Positions 59,219 to 64,000 of a stretch of 64,000 nt of DNA are shown here, piece by piece. The stretch spans positions 1,408,001-1,472,000 of the forward strand of contig OY843584.1 of assembly GCA_963692915.1 (NCBI GenBank). Direction: 5' to 3'. Position 1 is the first letter of the stretch; each line of letters opens with the position of its first letter. The notes under the pieces were generated by a model. It made no database searches and had not been told where the DNA came from. It saw only the letters and a list, made by a program, of their open reading frames with translations. The position numbers and the translations under genes were made by a program. The stretch is from Cenarchaeum sp. GTDB lineage: Archaea > Thermoproteota > Nitrososphaeria > Nitrososphaerales > Nitrosopumilaceae.

Positions 59219-60163
59219 CTAGCGCACCCTTTGGCGCCGGCGCGCCCAGACTGCGATCGCGACGCCTAGCCCGGCAGCACCGGCCACAATGGCCGCAACG
59301 CCGGCCGTAATGTCAGGCGCCGCGTCTGCGCCCATGCCGCCACCTGCCGCATCGCCACCAAATATGTTGAGCGTTCCAGACGACGCGCCGCGAATCTGCA
59401 GCCAAGAGTGGGTCATGTTCTCGATTCCGACGCTTGCCACAAGCCTGCGCTCGTTCCCATACGCCTCATAGGGGCCGTCCATGAGCGACTTTGGGATCGC
59501 AACGTCGACATAGACCACGTCATCAGCATCAAGCTCCATGCTTATCGCGTTGGCATTGGCGTCAAAGCCGGCGTCGGCGATTCCCGCAACTGTCCGGACC
59601 TCGATGCGCTCGCCGTCATCGTCGTCTGGCGGCGTGTACGAGTAGATGCGCTCGTCTCCGCCATACTCTATCTCCGCATAGCACCCGTGACACAGAAACC
59701 TCCCGTTATCAAAGTCGACTGCGGCCCCGTTGATGTACGCGCGCGCAACTCCCTGCGGCATCACAAAGAGCGTCTCGGTCGGATACGAGTACTTCCATGA
59801 CGTGTACGTCCCGTCCATGGACAGTGCGCCCACAAGGTCATACTCGACTATGGTGTTTGAGGCAGGGTCAAATATCGTCACGCCAAACCCGCCGTCATGC
59901 GTCGATATCGCGTGATCGACCTCGTTTCCGGCCCCGTCAGTCATCCGTATGTTCTCATGCGCGCCCTCGACGCTGACTAGGGTCACCGGCCCATCGTTGC
60001 GCCTCACCTCGTGGAGGACATGGGCCGAGCCGCCCTCGCCGATCGTCACCTCTAGCCTCTCGTGGATCGCATCCTCGCCAACTATAAGCTGCGCTAGTGC
60101 GGCAGGCGTAATTGCGCAGAGCGCAACTAGCGCGACGGCGGCGCTAGTCTGCCACGCGCACAC
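59219..60163 (-). CDS. Exported protein with C-terminal TM anchor
   Basis: Signal peptide, CHGC motif, C-terminal hydrophobic helix followed by basic tail. Confidence 0.72.
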   Translation of the reverse strand: MCAWQTSAAVALVALCAITPAALAQLIVGEDAIHERLEVTIGEGGSAHVLHEVRRNDGPVTLVSVEGAHENIRMTDGAGNEVDHAISTHDGGFGVTIFDPASNTIVEYDLVGALSMDGTYTSWKYSYPTETLFVMPQGVARAYINGAAVDFDNGRFLCHGCYAEIEYGGDERIYSYTPPDDDDGERIEVRTVAGIADAGFDANANAISMELDADDVVYVDVAIPKSLMDGPYEAYGNERRLVASVGIENMTHSWLQIRGASSGTLNIFGGDAAGGGMGADAAPDITAGVAAIVAGAAGLGVAIAVWARRRQRVR

Positions 60164-60623
60164 TCTCGATCTTTGCCTCCTCTAGCGGACAGTCGCGCTC
60201 GTCGCGCTTTAGGCCCACTATGCGGTCGGCGACCTCGATTCCAGAGGTCACCTCGCCAAAGGCAGTATACTGGCCATTGAGATGCATGCTGTCACTCGTG
60301 ACTATAAAGAACTGCGAGCCGGCGCTGTCGGGGTCCGAGGAGCGGGCCATCGAGACGACGCCTCGCACGTGTGCCTTTGGGTTGAACTCGGCCTTGATCG
60401 AGTATCCGGGCCCACCGGTCCCCCATGTGGCCCTGTTGCCCCCCTTTGTGTTGGGGTCGCCGCCCTGTATCATAAAGCCTGGTATGACCCTGTGGAAGAG
60501 CGTTCCGTCATAGAACGAGTCGCGCGCGAGCTTTGCAAAGTTCCTCACAGTCTCAGGCGCTATGTCGGGGAGGAGCCTTATGGTCATCGCGCCTAGATTC
60601 GTCGTTATTGTCGCCTCTGCCAA
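60144..60623 (-). CDS. Cytoplasmic cyclophilin-type peptidyl-prolyl isomerase
   Basis: FHRVIPGFMIQGGDP, SMARS, SAGSQFFI, LNGQYTAFG. Confidence 0.95.
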   Translation of the reverse strand: MAEATITTNLGAMTIRLLPDIAPETVRNFAKLARDSFYDGTLFHRVIPGFMIQGGDPNTKGGNRATWGTGGPGYSIKAEFNPKAHVRGVVSMARSSDPDSAGSQFFIVTSDSMHLNGQYTAFGEVTSGIEVADRIVGLKRDERDCPLEEAKIESVRVAD

Positions 60624-60833
60624 CGATCCGCGCGCCGCATATGTTGCAATATAGCCTTTTGGGAGGATGTGGGCGCCATGTGACGTGGCGGCCTTGCGTG
60701 ATCCGCCTCCCGGAGGGAGAATCCTCGCCGAGCCTGAGGTGACATATTAAACCTGTCGTGCGCGTGATCAATTTTTGTTAAAGTGCGCAGACTGAAAATA
60801 ATGTTATATATCCCCAGAGTCCGGCGCACCGCG

Positions 60834-61061
60834 TTGAATCGCACAAACCAGAATTCTGTCATAAAGGAAGCGATTAACACATACCTCGAGAACGGCATAA
60901 AGGACAAGCAGGACATATACACGCGCGTAGTCGTCGACCTTGGCGTTCCGCGACCCACGGTCCGGCGCGTCGCACGCGACCTGCGCAACGAGCTCCTTCG
61001 CAAGATCGAGACCCTCCAGGACGAGATATCGACTGCCGAGGGCAACAGCCGCTCCAAATAG
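60834..61061 (+). CDS. Small probable DNA-binding protein
   Basis: IYTRVVVDLGVPRPTVRRVARDL HTH-like; ttatata ~25 bp upstream of TTG; T-tract after stop. Confidence 0.7.
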   Translation: MNRTNQNSVIKEAINTYLENGIKDKQDIYTRVVVDLGVPRPTVRRVARDLRNELLRKIETLQDEISTAEGNSRSK

Positions 61062-61203
61062 GCCACCAGGCCATTTTTTCATTTTTAGGCGTGAGCAGCG
61101 GCGCGTGCTCGCCCCGTAGGGTGCATGGGCGTGGGCTCCTGACCCGCCCGCACGCGACGGTCAGGCACGCAATCAACCCTTAAAAATGGCATATGGGCAC
61201 TGA

Positions 61204-61350
61204 ATGATGTTGTCAGAAAAGAGCGAGACCAAAAAGCACGTGATGACACAGGCCGAAGCAGAGGCAAAGCTCGACAAACTGGACATAACGGCACCACTAT
61301 ACGCCAGCAGGGAAAAGAGGTACGATCCGTTTGAGGAAGACTCCCAATGA
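61204..61350 (+). CDS. 48-aa hypothetical microprotein (absent from ORF track)
   Basis: MMLSEKSETKKHVMTQAEAEAKLDKLDITAPLYASREKRYDPFEEDSQ*; cttaaaaat ~25 bp upstream. Confidence 0.5.
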   Translation: MMLSEKSETKKHVMTQAEAEAKLDKLDITAPLYASREKRYDPFEEDSQ

Positions 61351-61423
61351 TCCCCCTGACACGCAGGACAGCCTCTAAGGGCAATAATGATTATAAACGG
61401 CCACCTGTGGGCGCGTGACGCAC

Positions 61424-61663
61424 ATGGGGTACCTGTACAACCACCTCGCGACAGTCGTGTGCGGCGTGTTCGCCGGCGTGCTTAGCCTGCTCTGGGCATT
61501 ACTCGTCCCACCGTATCCCGCCCTCCACTTTGTCTTTCTCATGGCCGTGCCGATAATGTGGTTTCTCGTCCTGACGTGCTGGCTCGCCCAAAAGAGCACT
61601 GACTATATGCACGCCACGCATGAGTCACCCGAGCAGCAGCGCTATACGAGCGCGGCGATCTAG
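61424..61663 (+). CDS. Small two-TM membrane protein
   Basis: Two hydrophobic helices; ttataaa TATA upstream. Confidence 0.7.
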   Translation: MGYLYNHLATVVCGVFAGVLSLLWALLVPPYPALHFVFLMAVPIMWFLVLTCWLAQKSTDYMHATHESPEQQRYTSAAI

Positions 61664-61766
61664 TGCGAGCATCCACAGCCGCACGATTCGCCGTGGGCAG
61701 TCTTGCATGACGGGCAGCTCTGCGCTCCGCCAAGGTGACACTTGCACGCGCACTCGTCCATGAGCC

Positions 61767-62285
61767 TCACCGTGTCTTGGAGGCCAGCGCAATCGTGTCG
61801 TCGACCATCTCAGTCACGCGCGCCGTCGTCTCGGCGTCTGGTCCGGAGTCACTGATCTTGTCGGCGGTGACATAGACGGCCTTTGGGTTTGCTATAACGC
61901 GAAAGTACGAGAGGAGCTGCGTGAGAAGCGTCTGCACGTCAGTAAAGCCGATCTCACCGGAGGCAACGATGGTCATGCCGGCAACCTTGCCGGGGGTCTT
62001 TTTGTAGTCGATATACTCAAAGAGGTTCTTTAGCGCCGAGCTAAAGAACGAGTTGTATATCGGCGTGCCAATTATCCAGACGTCAGCCTCCGTTATTGCC
62101 GCCGCCGCGCGCATGGTCGCCTCGCCGTACGCCTCGCCGGGCCCGCGATAGCAGTCTATCGAGCCGTCTGCCATGTTGATGAATGTCGTGTCTGCTGACT
62201 TTGAGGCATGCTCGTGGGCGATGCGCATGACGTGCTGCGTTCTTGCGCCCTTTCGTGGACTAGCCGATATGACTACGACCTTCAT
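61767..62285 (-). CDS. NADPH-dependent FMN reductase family protein
   Basis: ISASPRKGART, GTPIYNSFFSSALKNLFE. Confidence 0.9.
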   Translation of the reverse strand: MKVVVISASPRKGARTQHVMRIAHEHASKSADTTFINMADGSIDCYRGPGEAYGEATMRAAAAITEADVWIIGTPIYNSFFSSALKNLFEYIDYKKTPGKVAGMTIVASGEIGFTDVQTLLTQLLSYFRVIANPKAVYVTADKISDSGPDAETTARVTEMVDDTIALASKTR

Positions 62286-62334
62286 GTGTCGTGCCCACCC
62301 ACGCGGCATATTTAATGTTCTGTGCGGTTCGCAG

Positions 62335-62445
62335 TATGAGGTCAGCACCCCTGGCCTGTTCATGTCCAGACAGGCGCCAAAATGGCAAGCAGATCGACAG
62401 GATACGCCTATTTGGCCAAATGAGCAGGAGGGCGCTGACCTCATA
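62335..62445. mobile_element. 111-bp MITE-like element, copy 2
   Basis: TIRs tatgaggtcagc / gctgacctcata; eroded flanking repeat cggttcgcag / cggctcgcgc; interior homologous to 11482-11591. Confidence 0.8.
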
Positions 62446-62537
62446 CGGCTCGCGCCGATCCGGACGCCTCCATCTAGCTAGAATGGCACCGTGGAGCGCG
62501 TTCAAGCTTTAAATCAACCTCTGCGCGCGGTTCTGCG

Positions 62538-64000
62538 TTGAGCCGGACTCGCCTGACATCAGCACTCGCCGCAGCGCTCCTAGTCGCGATAGTTCCGGCC
62601 GCGCATGCCGAGCTTGACTGGCCAGAAAAGGTAGAGCTCGGTGCTGCCCTCTATGAGATTCGCGGTCACCTCGATGCCGTTGAGACCAACCTGGGCGGCT
62701 CATTTGGCTCGTTTGCCTCCGAGTCGTTCATGGCCGAGGCGCAGCACGCCGTAGCGCACGCGGGGCATCCGATCGCCGAGGTCTACCCCGCGATATCGCC
62801 AACTGTTCGCGAGATCGACTCGGTAGTTGATGACACGCTCAGGGACGCACTAGAGAAGCTCAACGCGCGCGTCGGGCAGGGCGTTACATCATACTCTGAG
62901 ATCGCCGATGAGCTCTCGACGGCAAGGTGGGCAGTCGACATGGTTCAGACCGCTACGCTAGGCGTCGACTCGCCTAATGACCCCGCACTCAACGCCGCCA
63001 TCGCCGCACAGCTCATCGAGCTCTCGACTGACGAGTATGACGAGGCCATACTCGACTCGCGTGTAGAGTATGTAGTCGAGCTGCAAGACGCGTACGCGTT
63101 TCTTGACGTGGCCCACATGGATATCCTCCGAGGCGCCACGTTCATGGACTATTCGGCGACGCAGCAGATCGAGTACGATGACGCATTTCTCGCGTTCTAT
63201 GAGGTATATGACAACCGCGCCGACCCCGCGCGCTCAGCAGAGATGGCATCTGCGCTATCTGCCAAGCTTGTCTCAACGTTTGCAGAGTCAGACGGCATGA
63301 TGGGCATGACAGACATGACCGATATGACCGACAAGGACTCAAAGATGCCAATGCAGGCAGATTATGCCGAGTCAGTGGCGAGAATTGCAGTGATAAGGGA
63401 TCTGCTCGATAAGGCAAAATACGAGTACAATGCGGGCAACACCGATATGGCCGCCGACCTTGTAAAGCAGGCGTACATTGACGAGTTCGAGTACGTCGAG
63501 TCTGATCTTGATGCCGTAGGCCAGCCGGAACTCCGCGAAAAGATAGAGACGATGCTTCGTGACACGATCCTGTCGTCAATTCGCGCCGGTGGTGATGATG
63601 CCCCGCCAATGATAGACACAGTCGTAGGGGATCTCGAGGTGGCTCGCGTCGCGCTGACCGGAGAGGGCCAGCCCATGACGACATCAGAGTCAGAGGGCGG
63701 CGGATGCCTCATTGCGACAGCCGCATACGGCACGGAGATGGCCCACGAGGTCCAGGCCCTGCGCGAGACGCGTGACTCTGTCCTCGGCACCGCCACAGGC
63801 TCGGCGTTCATGTCGGCCTTTAACGGCGTATACTATGCGTTCTCGCCAACAGTGGCTGACTGGGAGCGCGAGAGCCCCGAGTTTCGCGCCCTCGTGAGGG
63901 CACTCATCACGCCGATGGTCGCCTCGCTGTCGATAATGTCAGTCGCTGGCGATGACGCCTCGGACATCGGCGTCGCCTCGCTAGGCGCCCTCGTTATCGC
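62538..64000 (+). CDS. Exported helical, probably metal-binding protein with CFI-box-CTERM anchor (runs off window end; absent from ORF track)
   Basis: Open frame from TTG 62538: signal peptide MSRTRLTSALAAALLVAIVPAAHA, EIRGHL, HAGHPIAEVY, AYIDEFEYVE, then GGGCLIATAAYG. Confidence 0.82.
   Translation, partial: MSRTRLTSALAAALLVAIVPAAHAELDWPEKVELGAALYEIRGHLDAVETNLGGSFGSFASESFMAEAQHAVAHAGHPIAEVYPAISPTVREIDSVVDDTLRDALEKLNARVGQGVTSYSEIADELSTARWAVDMVQTATLGVDSPNDPALNAAIAAQLIELSTDEYDEAILDSRVEYVVELQDAYAFLDVAHMDILRGATFMDYSATQQIEYDDAFLAFYEVYDNRADPARSAEMASALSAKLVSTFAESDGMMGMTDMTDMTDKDSKMPMQADYAESVARIAVIRDLLDKAKYEYNAGNTDMAADLVKQAYIDEFEYVESDLDAVGQPELREKIETMLRDTILSSIRAGGDDAPPMIDTVVGDLEVARVALTGEGQPMTTSESEGGGCLIATAAYGTEMAHEVQALRETRDSVLGTATGSAFMSAFNGVYYAFSPTVADWERESPEFRALVRALITPMVASLSIMSVAGDDASDIGVASLGALVI

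Noticed and set aside
61424-61663. Small membrane protein as an ammonia monooxygenase accessory subunit
   Set aside because: No amo genes nearby and I cannot match it to AmoX/Y/Z from sequence alone
62700-64000. Apparent gene-free or pseudogene region at the window end
   Set aside because: Manual translation gives an open frame from 62538; it is missing from the track only because its stop lies beyond the window

Overview
GC-rich chromosomal segment of an ammonia-oxidising archaeon (Nitrososphaerota, Nitrosopumilaceae-like; the high GC and giant surface proteins suggest a host-associated lineage, which is an inference). It spans the probable replication origin: ORB-like repeats and an AT-rich spacer upstream of cdc6/orc1, with PolD DP2 and DP1, GINS and PCNA nearby. 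Housekeeping genes include glnA, thermosome, glyA, GGGPS, hsp20-cdc48-J-domain, rpoL-tfs, aspartokinase, cbiH and tyrS. Accessory content: an intact IS481-family element with 27-bp TIRs and a 12-bp target duplication, a ~110-bp MITE family (2 full copies, 1 relic), a ~13-kb island of modular surface proteins (HYR, beta-propeller, HEXXH protease, Ig-like repeats), and a low-GC patch with an orphan antitoxin-like gene. The most interesting signal is immediately left of the origin. Four small DNA-binding genes sit there, one encoding a membrane-anchored winged-helix protein, and a dense array of GTGAT/ATCAC pentamers (20 in ~860 bp) runs through two of them. This is a candidate origin-membrane tethering or segregation system. 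No rRNA, tRNA or CRISPR array was seen. Product calls are by motif recognition only; no database searches were run.
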